DNA from: Chrysomallon squamiferum
Taxonomy: Eukaryota > Animalia > Mollusca
DNA length: 64,000 nt
Assembly (NCBI GenBank): GCA_012295275.1
Contig: CM022665.1
Location: forward strand, 39,680,001 to 39,744,000
Direction: 5' to 3'
Shown here: in pieces, positions 46,877 through 61,306 of the stretch
How positions within the stretch are numbered: position 1 is the first letter of the stretch
Layout: the number at the start of each line of letters is the position of its first letter
Program-made: the position numbers and the translations under genes
Notes under the pieces: generated by a model
The model's database searches: none
Told to the model about the DNA's origin: nothing
The model's input: only the letters and a program-made list of their open reading frames with translations

Positions 46877-47791
46877 CTGCAATTAAAACCAAAAAGAAAA
46901 AAGATTAAATAAAAATAAAAATAAAAATATGTTAGTTTTCAGATGATTTTGTTCCCCGTTAAACTCGAGTTTGAAAAATGATAAGAAAAAATGTTTCATG
47001 GCAGTATTACAATTTTTATTAATGCTCTCGTTGTAATTGTCGAAGCAACAATGACAAGATATAAGTTAAATATTTATCTATTAAAATTTAGAAACAAGTG
47101 ACTTATTATTTAATAGCAATAGTCGTTGTAGTAGCAGTAGCAGCAGCAACAATAATCGACATAGCAACATTTTAACATAAACGTAAAAACTACACCACCG
47201 AGTTAAAGATATCGTTTTGCTCCTCTTTCGCAAAAGAAGTCCGTTTATAACACAGAAACAATAACTGTCATTAATACCGACGTGGCAATCTCAACAACAA
47301 AACAGTAAAGAGCGTAACAAAAATGTATCAAAGACAACACAAACAGCTAGATAATTACCATTCCCGCCACACTGCCAGTTAAAGATATCGGGTGTTTTTC
47401 TACTTAGGAAAGAAGTCGTTCATAATTTATGTGCATCGACAAAATAAAGCTTCATTTTCTAATCTCATATTCCTCTTCGTCCTGGCGGGTTAATAAATAA
47501 TGTGTGTGTTCGGGGGCGCCTTTGCGTGTTCGTGTGAATTAGTTTGCGAGCAATACTGAAAGCGAGTGATCTTTTGAGTTAAGGTGATTGCTGGGCTGTT
47601 AGATACAGCGATGTTCTCTCTGACAGACATCAATATTTCCTTGATGCTGTCAGACAGGTGATGCTCTACTGCGTCAGCTACCACGACTACAACAGCAACA
47701 AACACTGTTACAACAACAAAGGTGCTACTATTACTTTCACTAGAATGTCTGTTACGATTACTATTACTACTGTGCTAATTTAACTGCTGAG

Positions 47792-47831
<40 letters not shown>

Positions 47832-47909
47832 GGCCTACTTGTAATACTGCTACTACTACTACTACTACTAGGCCTACTTGTAATACTGCTACTACTACTA
47901 CTACTACTG

Positions 47910-47948
<39 letters not shown>

Positions 47949-48910
47949 GGCCTACTTGTAATACTGCTACTACTACTACTACAACTGCTACTACTACTAC
48001 TACTACTACTACTATGTTAGTAACAATGTACAACGATGTTAGGAATTAAGTGTTAAATTTAGAAAACATTCAAGATACGACCGATCATCAAAACTGATGT
48101 TAAAAGATGGAAAGTAGTAGTAGTAGTAGTAGTAGTAACAGTTGTTGTTGTTGCTGCTCTTGTTGCAGTAGATGTAGTAATATAAGCAGTAGCAGTAGTA
48201 GTTGTAGTACTTTAAGTGTACGTACGTACCATAATCTGGCATCTAATGATAATTTAGTGGTCTAATTTATCTGGTTATAATGGAACATGCGACAGTACAA
48301 TTTATATTATGATAATAATTTGTGATAAAATGAAAAATAATACTAAAAAAAAAGCCCACATTGAAAAGAACATGTATTCTATGCAACGAATATACTAACC
48401 AGAATTTTAAGTTTAATAATATATATATATATAAAAAAGTAAAGTTAAAATTTATATTATAAAGTAAACGTACCAGAATGTTAAATCTGGTGATGTTTTT
48501 TGAGAAAAAAAACCAAACACAGTGCAGTGAACGTACTAATAAAACTTAGAATTCTGATAATAATTTATAATAGATGTAAAAACGGTAACTAAATTTTTTT
48601 TTCTTCAGTCAACGTACTATTCCAAATTAAAATAGGGATAATAATTTATTATAAAATAATAATTAACAGAAGCAGCAGAGAAGATAATTTTTATTTATGA
48701 TGTTTAATAATAACTGGTGATAAATGTAAAGATGAAAAGTTGAAATTTATATTATAACATAAACGCTCGTACCGAAATTTCAATTAAGATAATAATTTAC
48801 GATAAAAGAAAAAAAACAAAAAACAACACAGAAGATTAAATTCATACCGTGCAATAAACCTACCTAACAGCATCTAAAATTCTAATAATAAATATATAAA
48901 AACAAAACAC

Positions 48911-48951
<41 letters not shown>

Positions 48952-49105
48952 CAAATTAAATATACACCACAAAACAAACCCACTTAAACAACATTTAAAA
49001 TCATATAACAATTTTTTTTTTTTTTTATATATATATATATAACAGTCGAAAAACGCCAAAACCTGAAAATCTAAAAAAACACCAAAAACATGTAAAATTA
49101 CATAC

Positions 49106-49108
49106 CAT
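49106..49108 (-). CDS. Calmodulin gene B, probable initiator ATG at the end of exon 1
   Basis: gagaaccATG|GTATGT, with A at -3 and a strong donor, at the edge of a GC-richer segment (49110-49460). Metazoan CaM genes have an intron directly after the ATG. A weaker alternative ATG|GTACGT lies at 48230-48232. Confidence 0.6.
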
Positions 49109-49554
49109 GGTTCTCGTCACATGTGTTAATTCCACTGATGTTGAAATAGTTTCTGATCTCTTGGTCCGAACGAAGAACTTGAGACCACGCGGTTATGCTC
49201 GTTGCTATGGTGCCGAGTACACAGCGATGCTTAAAACGGGTATTGTCAAGTGGTAGGGACAAACCAAGCCCCGTCGCGCTTGGCACGAACAATGCCTTCG
49301 GTTAATCTCCAGTTGTTACATAATGCAGAAAGGATTCGTTCGTGGATTAAATGTATGTTGTAAGTTGCTTAATAAAAAAAAAAAAAAAAAGTGCGCTTGT
49401 TAGACAAGTGAGCAGATAGGCGAATGCAGGTTTTCTCGTGGCGAGGTTTTTCACTTGCTTTTGTCGCTGATGAATAATAATGATATGTTTTGATGCATGA
49501 TTTATGTATGTGGGAAATGTTATTACGGAGCTGTGGGTGATGGCGGGATGGTGT

Positions 49555-49605
49555 TGTGTGTGTGTGTGTGTGTGTGTGTGAATGTGTGTATGTATGTATG
49601 TTTAA

Positions 49606-49638
<33 letters not shown>

Positions 49639-49676
49639 TGTATGTGTGTGTGTATGTATGTATGTATGCATGTATG

Positions 49677-49710
<34 letters not shown>

Positions 49711-49852
49711 TGTATGTATGTATGTATGTATGTATGTATGTATGTATGTATGTATTATGTATGTATGTATGTATGTATGTATGTATGTATGTATGTATGT
49801 ATGTATGTATGTATGTATGTATGTATGTATGTATGTATGTATGTGTGTGTGT
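49555..49852. repeat. (TG)n/(TATG)n compound microsatellite
   Basis: Long TATG tetranucleotide run with TG ends. Confidence 0.97.
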
Positions 49853-50293
49853 GGTGTGTGTGTACTTAGTATTTACATTTGTATGTATCACATATGTTTA
49901 TTTGGTTGTGAGTATGTACTATATAGACACCGCCCACACACACACTTTCACGTGTTTGTGCATACTTTATATATACGTGTATGTAATTCATAAATATTTG
50001 TTTAGGCCTTTTTTTTTTTTTCTGTACTGAGATAAAAAAACCTCATTAGATTTTCATCGTTCTATCCAACTATCTGCAAAAAAATAAATAAATAACAGCA
50101 ACAACAACAATAATAACAATAAAAATAACAATAATACCACCAGCACCACCAACGCCACAACCGCCAACAAAAACAACAACAACAACAGCAGCAGCAACAA
50201 TAACAATAATAAATAAATAAATAAATAAATAATTAAAAAAAAAAAAAAAAAAAAAAAACAACAAAAAAAAAAAAAAAAAAACAAAAACAAAAA

Positions 50294-50325
<32 letters not shown>

Positions 50326-50397
50326 AAAGAAACAAACAACAGGATGAACACAGAAATGGTCTGAAATTCCTGCATGTATCAGAAAAAACACCAAGAG

Positions 50398-50471
<74 letters not shown>

Positions 50472-50873
50472 ACAAAAGAAGAAGAAAAAAAACCACGTCT
50501 CTCTCTCTCTTCAAGCGCTGGGTCACCACGTCTTCGATTACTCAGACCCGTGAAGCTAAAATTAATTACTGACAAGTCGAGGCAATCAGAAACAAGCACT
50601 AAATAATGTATGATAATAACGAGAATCTAGAATTAACGATTTCTTTCCGACTTAATGTCTCATTTGGGACGCAGCAAGAACAGAGATGGCAAATTCTTCT
50701 CTTTGTCTGCGACGTGCGTGATGATGGTGTTAGAAGCATTTGTAAGCTTTGATGTAACTTCTCTGCAGTTTCTACAGATCGTTTTATAAAGAAAATATTT
50801 TTGGGTAATTCTTGTGCGTATATGAAAGTATGCGTGTGTGTCTGTGTGTATGTTTTTCTGTGTGTGTGTGTCT

Positions 50874-50915
<42 letters not shown>

Positions 50916-51204
50916 TGTTGATTAACAATTTTGAATGTAACATTTCTCGATAGTATTTAAAAAGTGTTTGTGCTACAGTAGTACTACTATTATCATGAAT
51001 GCTACTTCGTCTGTTACTACTAGTACTACTACTGATACTACTACCACTACTACTACTATTTCTACTACTACTACTACTATTATTACTACTACTACAGCTA
51101 CTGTTTCTACTGCTTCTTCTATGTGCCTACTAAATAACTTATGATACTGTCAATATTACTAATACAACTACTACTACAGTAACATCTACGACTAAGCGTT
51201 TTAT

Positions 51205-52650
<1,446 letters not shown>

Positions 52651-52676
52651 TCTTGTTTCTGTCACTGCTTGAGAAT

Positions 52677-52780
<104 letters not shown>

Positions 52781-52987
52781 ATTAATTGGCACCGTTCCTG
52801 AAAACTAGTCTCGTTATCGAAGAAATCCTTGTAAAGCTGTATGCTCAAGCTGTCAGGGATTTTTCTACATTTCTCTTTGTTGTTAAGAAACAGTAGTATC
52901 AGCAGTATTAATAGTCACTAGCTAGCATAGATCCCATATTCCACTACTCCTCAAGTTACGTCTCCTCCATTGACGAAGAGTCGGAAT

Positions 52988-53018
<31 letters not shown>

Positions 53019-53107
53019 TTATGATTATTATTATTATTGTTGTTGTTGTTGTTGTTGTTGTAGTTGTTGTTGTTGTTGTTGTTCTTCTTCTTTTGTTGTT
53101 ATTTTTT

Positions 53108-53143
<36 letters not shown>

Positions 53144-54454
53144 ACTTCAATTCTTTTCTTCTTCCTAAAATAATTTCAAAGGATATGTAAGAAAGATATA
53201 TTAAAATTTCACATATTTACGTGAACTGTTAAGCATGGAAACGGATACCTTTGACATGCTAAAGAAACTTCAAGTTAAGATTTTTAACAGTGTTAATACA
53301 CTACATGCATGAAGATACACGTTTTATTTAAAATGTTATCTAGACTAGCTAAACTATTTCCACGTTTTTACATTTTCAGTATTTTATTTTATTTTATTTT
53401 TTATATTTTTAATATAAATTAAATTTAAAAAAAAAAATGAAAGAAAGAAATAAAAAAACCATTTTTTTTGTTGTAACTAATGAATGTGATAAATAATTTA
53501 ATACAGTTATTTGCTTACGCATTATTATTATTATTATTTTTTTGTTGTTGTTGTTGTTGTTGTTGTTGTAATAAAGTGGTAATAAACATAATCTCAAAGA
53601 AGTAGGGAAAACGTCACAAACATTGTTATAACATACAAATATATAATTCACTTTTACTCGTAATTACAATCAATATTTCTCATACCCCTGTTTTAAACAA
53701 CTTAACAAAAATACTGTAACGATGCATCCACGATACTCTTGCCTGGTCAAATCACGGTATCAAAACCTGCATATATACGATATGTATCCATTTGCTTACC
53801 CAAGGCTACAGACATGTCCATCGACTGCCAAATATTTGGCCAGTCAGTGACCAAGTTGAGATCAAAGTTCACGATAGTTTATCAGGTGTAAAACTGTTTA
53901 ATAATAACTGACAGTTTAGATACACGCATGTGTTAAAATAACAGTAAATATGTACGTCCAGTAACGACTGGAAATATAACAGAAATATATCAGCTTTCTC
54001 ATAAATATCGGCGATAATATTACGTCTGCTACAGAAAGCTTTGGCATAATAGAAGGTGATATTTTTTTTTTTTTTTTTGCAGTAAATAAAATGCTTACTT
54101 AATTATTGTTGCGTTTTGTATTAGCTGTTTTTATGTTTGCAGAGGAGGGAATCTGTCTCTGTGTATTTATTATATATATTATATATATTTATTACATATA
54201 TATATATTTATTTATTTATTTTAAATATATATATATATGTGTGTGTATGTATGTATGTATATATATATATATGTTTGTGTGTGTATGTATCTGTATATAT
54301 GTGTGTGTGTGTGTATGTATGTATGTGTGTGTGATTGTGTAAAACGAGAGATAGAGATAGATAGATAAAGAGAGAACGACAGTGTCTGGAAATAAATAAA
54401 CAAACGAATGAACAACATATTAAACAACTAGAAACAACAACAACAACAACAGCA

Positions 54455-54680
54455 ACAGCAACATTAACAACAACATCAACAGCAACAGCAGCATTAACAA
54501 CAACAACAACAACAACAAAAACCAACACAGGCCTGTCGTTCCTACAGACAAATACGCTTACTTCACAGCAACATTAACAACAACATCAACAGCAACAGTA
54601 ACATTAACAACAACAATAACAACAGCAACACAAAAACAACACAAGCCTGTCGTTCCTACAGACAAATACGCTTAGTTCAC
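54455..54680. repeat. ~118-bp tandem duplication
   Basis: GCCTGTCGTTCCTACAGACAAATACGCTTA occurs twice, each preceded by AACATTAACAACAACATCAACAGCAACAG. Confidence 0.85.
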
Positions 54681-54731
54681 CTAAACACTACTCACACACA
54701 ACAGCTAAACGAGTTCTACACATATCGTATG

Positions 54732-54772
<41 letters not shown>

Positions 54773-55346
54773 GCCTTGGTCTAATAATTAAGTTCTGTCT
54801 GGGGGTTCGTAGGCTGTGAACAAATACCGCATTTCTTCTCAACCATGAAAACTACTTTCTTCTGGAGATTTCGGAACCACACCGAAGAAGACTGCCGCTG
54901 TTTTGTTACCATGGTGTTCTTTCGGCTGCAAAAATAATCTTGGTTGCGTGTTTGATAATGTCGACTCTCCACTGCATGAAGAAAAACAGAAAAGAAAAAA
55001 TAAACATATCACGGAACAGCCGGTGAAAATCATAATTAATAACGACAAGGATGGTCGTTCAGAATGTACAAGTTATGTATGCAATTTAGTTAGTGTAAGG
55101 GAAAAAAGCTAATTAGTATCTGTCGCAGGAATGATGATGAAAAAAAAAAAGAAAAAAGAAAACAGAAGAGGTTTTTATGTTATCTGTTGCTGAAATGATG
55201 TCAGTTTTAGGGTGAAAAAGAAACGGAAAACTGAAGATGATATACACGAGTGTTTTATTATATTGAAATAATATTTAGTTTTAAAGGGGCAAATAAGATA
55301 TAAGTAAATATGCGAAAAAGTAAGTCAATGGGAAATGAGAAAATTG

Positions 55347-55427
<81 letters not shown>

Positions 55428-55822
55428 TTTTAGATCTTAAATGCAGAAAATGCATTTGACTTCATTTTGGGATAAAAACTGGAAATGTTTCTTTGCTTCA
55501 TAATATGTCAAATTTTATGCACAGAAATAATGACGTTGGCACGTATCAGACTCGAACTACGTACAAATTAACGACTTTTTGCATTACAGAGCATTTCTGC
55601 TGCGCATTACGTCATGGGACCTGCCATAACTGCCAAAACGTCATACAATTCAAATTTTCGAACTATTCTAAATTATTATTATTATTTTTTTTTTAATGAC
55701 ATTTCCACGGACCGGCCTCGGCAGAATAAATTTATAAATAAATACATAAATACATAAATACATAAATACATAAATATTATTAACAACATTCATCTATTAT
55801 TTTACAAAAGAAAACGCATAGT

Positions 55823-55858
55823 GCCAGGACGGCCGAGTGGTGTAAGGCGCTGCGTTAA
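55823..55858 (+). pseudogene. 5' half of a tRNA-Leu(CAG)-like gene, broken at the anticodon loop
   Basis: GCCAGGACGGCCGAGTGGTGTAAGGCGCTGCGTT compared with metazoan tRNA-Leu(CAG) GTCAGGATGGCCGAGYGGTCTAAGGCGCTGCGTT(CAG). A-box, D-arm and 5' anticodon stem are present. Confidence 0.8.
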
Positions 55859-56815
55859 CTGCAAATATGACGTCATCAGTTAAAAATGTCGGAAGAAGAA
55901 GTAATGGATCAGTCAGTTTGCGAAGGGCCTTTCAAAGGATTTGCAATAGCAGTAGCTTTCTTCATTATTTTCCATGTCGCTGGGATGACTGTCACCATGA
56001 TAAAACTGTTAGAAAAGCGGATAGACGAACAGTGCTTTTCTCGGTTAAAAAAAAAAAGAAGATTCAGGTTCAATCCCAGCGACGGAAAAAACGAAAGATT
56101 CTATTACTCCAGCAAAAAAAAGTTATTCGTTAGACTTCGGAGACAATAACAACTGGATTACTGTTTGCAAGTTTTATCACAGAGTTTGTTAACTGTGTAC
56201 ATTTTGAACTATTAATTGCAAGTTTTATCACAGAGTTTGTGAAACTGTGTACATTTGGATTGTTGTTTGCAAGTTTTATCACTCAGTTTGTGTAGCTGTG
56301 TACATTTGGACTATTATTTGCCAGTTTTGTCATTGACTTTGTATAAGTGAACAGTTCGACTATGATTTGCAAGTTGTGTCACCGAGTTTAACTGTTGTTT
56401 TTATTTTCGTGGACTTGTTGAAAACATTTTGTACTGTCACGTTAAATATTCATGTCTTAATACTAAAGATTCATTGTATAAAACGACTGTTTTCTGGGTT
56501 GTTTTTTTTTCTCCAAAATTTGTTTACTTAATATATATATATTAATATATATATATATAAATGTATTGTATGTTATTTTAAGTTTTTTTTTTCTTTCTTT
56601 TTTCTCTCAGAAAACAAAACAAAAAACGGATTGATAACTCTTTAAATCAAAAATCAGGACTATTATATAGTTCATTATATATGTATTAATGTAAAAAAAA
56701 AATGTCTTTGTTGCAAAATTTCTAAAGATGATATTTATGATATATGATATGTACTGCATTCTTACAAAATGATTACTGTGCGGCATATTTGTGTGTGTTT
56801 TAAAACACTGCTGTT

Positions 56816-56859
<44 letters not shown>

Positions 56860-57137
56860 GTGTGTGTTTCAAAACACTGATTACTGTATATCATGTGTAT
56901 ATATGTTTTAAAACATTAATGTACAGATGTTCATACATGTTTTGAAACATTGTTTACTGTGTGGCATGTTTTTGACTGTTTAAAAAAAACTGATTTAGTT
57001 TTTTTCATTACCTTGTAGTTTGAAGACAAAAAGTTCTGTATCAATAAGAGAGACATCAAAAAGAAATGTGTTTGACAATTTTATATCCAGAACATTGGCA
57101 TATTATTTACTAATGGTTTTTCATGTACATCATTTAT
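55859..57137. mobile_element. ~1.28-kb insertion interrupting the tRNA-Leu-like gene (putative non-autonomous tRNA-targeting element)
   Basis: Lies between two colinear tRNA halves. Contains a short ORF and internal tandem repeats. No transposase seen. Confidence 0.45.
56154..56390. repeat. ~51-bp tandem repeat, ~4.5 copies
   Basis: A TTGCAAGTTTTATCACAGAGTTTG...ACTGTGTACATTTGGA-type unit recurs at 56165, 56216, 56267, 56318 and 56367. Confidence 0.85.
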
Positions 57138-57184
57138 GTGTTTGTCTCGTTCTTTAGGCGTGGGCTCGAATCCCACTTCTCACA
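57138..57184 (+). pseudogene. 3' half of a tRNA-Leu-like gene (variable arm, T-arm, acceptor strand), decayed
   Basis: AGGCGTGGGCTCGAATCCCACTTCTCACA compared with tRNA-Leu AGGCGTGGGTTCGAATCCCACTTCTGACA. Followed by a T5 run. Confidence 0.8.
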
Positions 57185-57275
57185 AATTTTTATGTATATA
57201 TGTATCTCACAAATTTGTGTGTGTGTGTGTGTACACAGAAACACACACATACAAATACAGAGCATTATTAAAATT

Positions 57276-57296
57276 GTTCGAATCCCACTTCTGACA
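57276..57296 (+). pseudogene. Second copy of the tRNA-Leu 3' end
   Basis: GTTCGAATCCCACTTCTGACA (B-box plus acceptor strand), followed shortly by TTTTT. Confidence 0.75.
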
Positions 57297-57909
57297 TTAG
57301 TATTTTTGTTCAACCTCGTGTAGTATAATCAATTACTTTTTTTTAACTTTAATTGTGTAAGGTTTACAAAGAAAAATAGTTTATTTCATATAATTCAACT
57401 TGCAATTTTTCTAGAAACCTAATTTTAAAGACAACAAACAATAATATGATTAACATTAATTTTATTTCATAGGTTTGAAGTATAATAACAGTAATAATGA
57501 TAATAATAATAATAATAATAAAGTAAATAAATAGGTAAATAGTAAAGTATAAATCACACACAAAGTTACATAGAAAAAATAGGGGACAGATATACACGAA
57601 CAAATTAAACAGACATATTTATTAACTTACATCAACATCTGAGATCAAAGTGTAAAATTAGAAATGAATTAAGGCTATGATAAAATGGTGGTAGGATGGG
57701 GAATACGCTGACAATGTAATGCACGTGTACGTTAGTATGTTTGTATGTGTATGTATACATGCATATGTATGTACGTGTATGTATGAATGGGTGTATGTAT
57801 GAATGGGTGTATGTATGCATGTCTGCTTATGTATAAAAATATGCACATGTATCTGTATGTTATTATGTGCATGTAAATGGCTGTACATGAGTATATCAAT
57901 CACTGATAA

Positions 57910-57948
<39 letters not shown>

Positions 57949-58027
57949 ATTCTACACTGTTCAGTATTACGGAAATTAATAGTTTTAATATTTAGAGTTA
58001 TGTCTCTTTACAATTATTAATTAAACA

Positions 58028-58069
<42 letters not shown>

Positions 58070-59131
58070 AAAGAAATAATAATAATAAATTTAATAAATA
58101 AAAATATAAATTAGCATAAATAAAATCTTTCACAAACAATGTATTTACAAATTACAAAATATAAGGTTAATAACCAAAAAAAAAAAAAATGCTTTGGACA
58201 TTTAAAGGAAAACGTATATTATAATAATACAAAAAATTCAAAATTTGTACAGATACGTGAAATACAAAAATGTTTATAAAAATGTCTTAAAACATCAAAA
58301 CAAGTTTATGAAAGAAATAAAATGATTTCACAAGATATATATTGCACAATCTGTTAATCCATAAAGTAAACTCCACGTATTTATTTGAAGAAAACGAAGA
58401 AAAAGTATAGAACACAGAAATATATGTTAATATTATTTACAGTCAACATATATAGAAACAGTGCATAAAATATATTCATTAATATAACAAACAGTTTAAT
58501 GATTTTTATATACGAATTACTCCTTAGAGGAAATTGATAAGACAAAACTGCATTATAAATAAGTGAGCGGATAGGGGTGAATAACTGTACTTTTTTTAAA
58601 TTTATTAATCATTTTATTTTAGTAATTAGGAATTCAGTTATAATACACATTATATACGTAATATAATAATATATTTTATATCAAAGAGTTAAAAGGTGGA
58701 AACGAATTTAAATCTATTTCACAGACGTCAACACATTAACGTGAATTTAATTTACATAATTTCATGTGGAGGCTGGTATGTAAGAATAGTTTTATAAGTA
58801 GAATGAAAAGATATAAAAAGTGTAAAAAATCAAGGCAAATCACATATGATTGGATTGGTGCATATTCATTATTCAAACACAGATATACTGCATAAGCAAA
58901 AACAGTTGTGCGAGAGAAATTAATATTATTAAAATTGGATTAGAATATGATTTTGTTTGCTTTTCGAGTCATCATTCAAACGCGTAAAGTTCAAAGGTTC
59001 TTGCCAGATTGACAAAAACAGTGAGAAATAAAAATCATTAATATAAATGCAATATGCATTCCTTTTTAAATGGCTACGTCCATTTCGAATTTCTTTCTTT
59101 TAAAATATAAAACGAGGAAAACAGTAAAATC

Positions 59132-59160
59132 TCATTTGGATGTCATCATTCTTACGAATT
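59132..59160 (-). CDS. CaM: Calmodulin gene C, last coding exon (EFVRMMTSK*)
   Basis: tttttcAG|AA TTC GTA AGA ATG ATG ACA TCC AAA TGA. Invertebrate-type CaM C-terminus. Confidence 0.95.
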
Positions 59161-59219
59161 CTGAAAAACAAAAACATTATGTTAATTACTAAAAATAATT
59201 ATTTCTAGTACTACTACTA

Positions 59220-59284
<65 letters not shown>

Positions 59285-59646
59285 AATAAATAAATAAATA
59301 ATAAGAATGGAAATAGCAACATCAAATTAGTCTTTCTCCGATGTAGAAAATAATCAATGTGCTTTGGTGGCTTCAAGTACAAGATTTAAACATAATCTTT
59401 CTTTCGGTTCATTGTCTCTATTAAATCTTTTATTTATTGATTTTTATTTTATTTTTTTTTATTTTTTTTTTATATCAGACAGTAATAAAACATCTAAAAT
59501 TTTAGGTATTTTCTGTGTGCTGAGAAAAATAATTATCTTAATACTATTATTACTGTCAAGCATCCAGAGAAACAATGATATTTAACATAATTTGAATACC
59601 CTTAGGTATAAACACATACATTTCTATTTATGCCTATATGTATTTG

Positions 59647-59718
<72 letters not shown>

Positions 59719-59769
59719 AATGTTTCTATGTGTGTTTGTCTAAAAACGTAAAAGTAAAATAAAATTTAC

Positions 59770-60012
59770 CTTCATAGTTAACCTGACCGTCGCCGTCAAT
59801 ATCTGCTTCTCGGATCATCTCGTCCACTTCTTCGTCAGTCAGCTTTTCGCCAAGATTCGTCATCACGTGACGGAGTTCGGCGGCGCTGATAAACCCATTT
59901 CCGTCTTTGTCAAAAACTCGGAATGCTTCGCGTAGCTCGTCCTCGGAATCAGTGTCTTTCATCTTCCGCGCCATCATCGTGAGGAATTCTGGGAAATCTA
60001 TCGTGCCGTTTC
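59770..60012 (-). CDS. CaM: Calmodulin gene C, 243-nt exon
   Basis: ttcacAG|GA AAC GGC...AAC TAT GAA G|GTaaat. Translates [81 protein letters not shown]. Confidence 0.97.
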
Positions 60013-60429
60013 CTGTGAAGGAAACATTTTTCATATATTATTATTATTATTTTATTTTTTTTTTCGTAAAGGAAAGGAAAGGAAGGTATGATAAATATTT
60101 AGCACTAGAATGGAAGAGGTACATGCTGTTCGCGTTTGTTATATTTTCCTCTGACGCGGATACTTTTCGGATTTTTTTCTTAAGACAGTAAAAGATTCAG
60201 CACTGGTTGGAACATAACATTATTGTTTGTCTTAATATCGTTTATAAACATATGTCGATGTGCCTTTAAACAATGATTTATTCAGCCACGTGTAACATCA
60301 TGAACAATAAATCATTAGCTTCAACACAACATACCAGACAAGAGTTATCTGCCGATTAAGTAATACTAAGCAGTATTTTAACGTTCGATAAGCCAGTAAT
60401 ACTAATAAATAAATAAACAAACAAACAAA

Positions 60430-60492
<63 letters not shown>

Positions 60493-60794
60493 TAATTAAA
60501 ATAAATAAATAATAATTAAAAAAACAAACAAATAAATCATTAAATTTACATTTTACATTTATTTATAATCTACTAAAAATATTCCTGACGTGCAACTTAC
60601 CATGTCATGGACTTTTTTTTTTTTTTTTAATTTATTATTATTATTATTATTATGAATATTTTTTTTACCATCGCTTATTTTAATTTTAACATTTAACATT
60701 CTGTATTTACTTAACTACTATTCTATTTTCCTGAATTATATTTTAAGTGATTCAGAAAGTTGTTCTCTATGTTATAAGCATTTTTGTTGGACTA

Positions 60795-61306
<512 letters not shown>

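Noticed and set aside
54903-55112. THAP-like start (CSFGCKN)
   Set aside because: No downstream F-P, W, C-x-x-H-F or AVPT motifs, and no ATG start.
55823-57184. Functional intron-containing or trans-spliced tRNA-Leu
   Set aside because: The anticodon is lost, the acceptor and T-loop are mutated, and the gap is far longer than tRNA introns and not at the canonical site.
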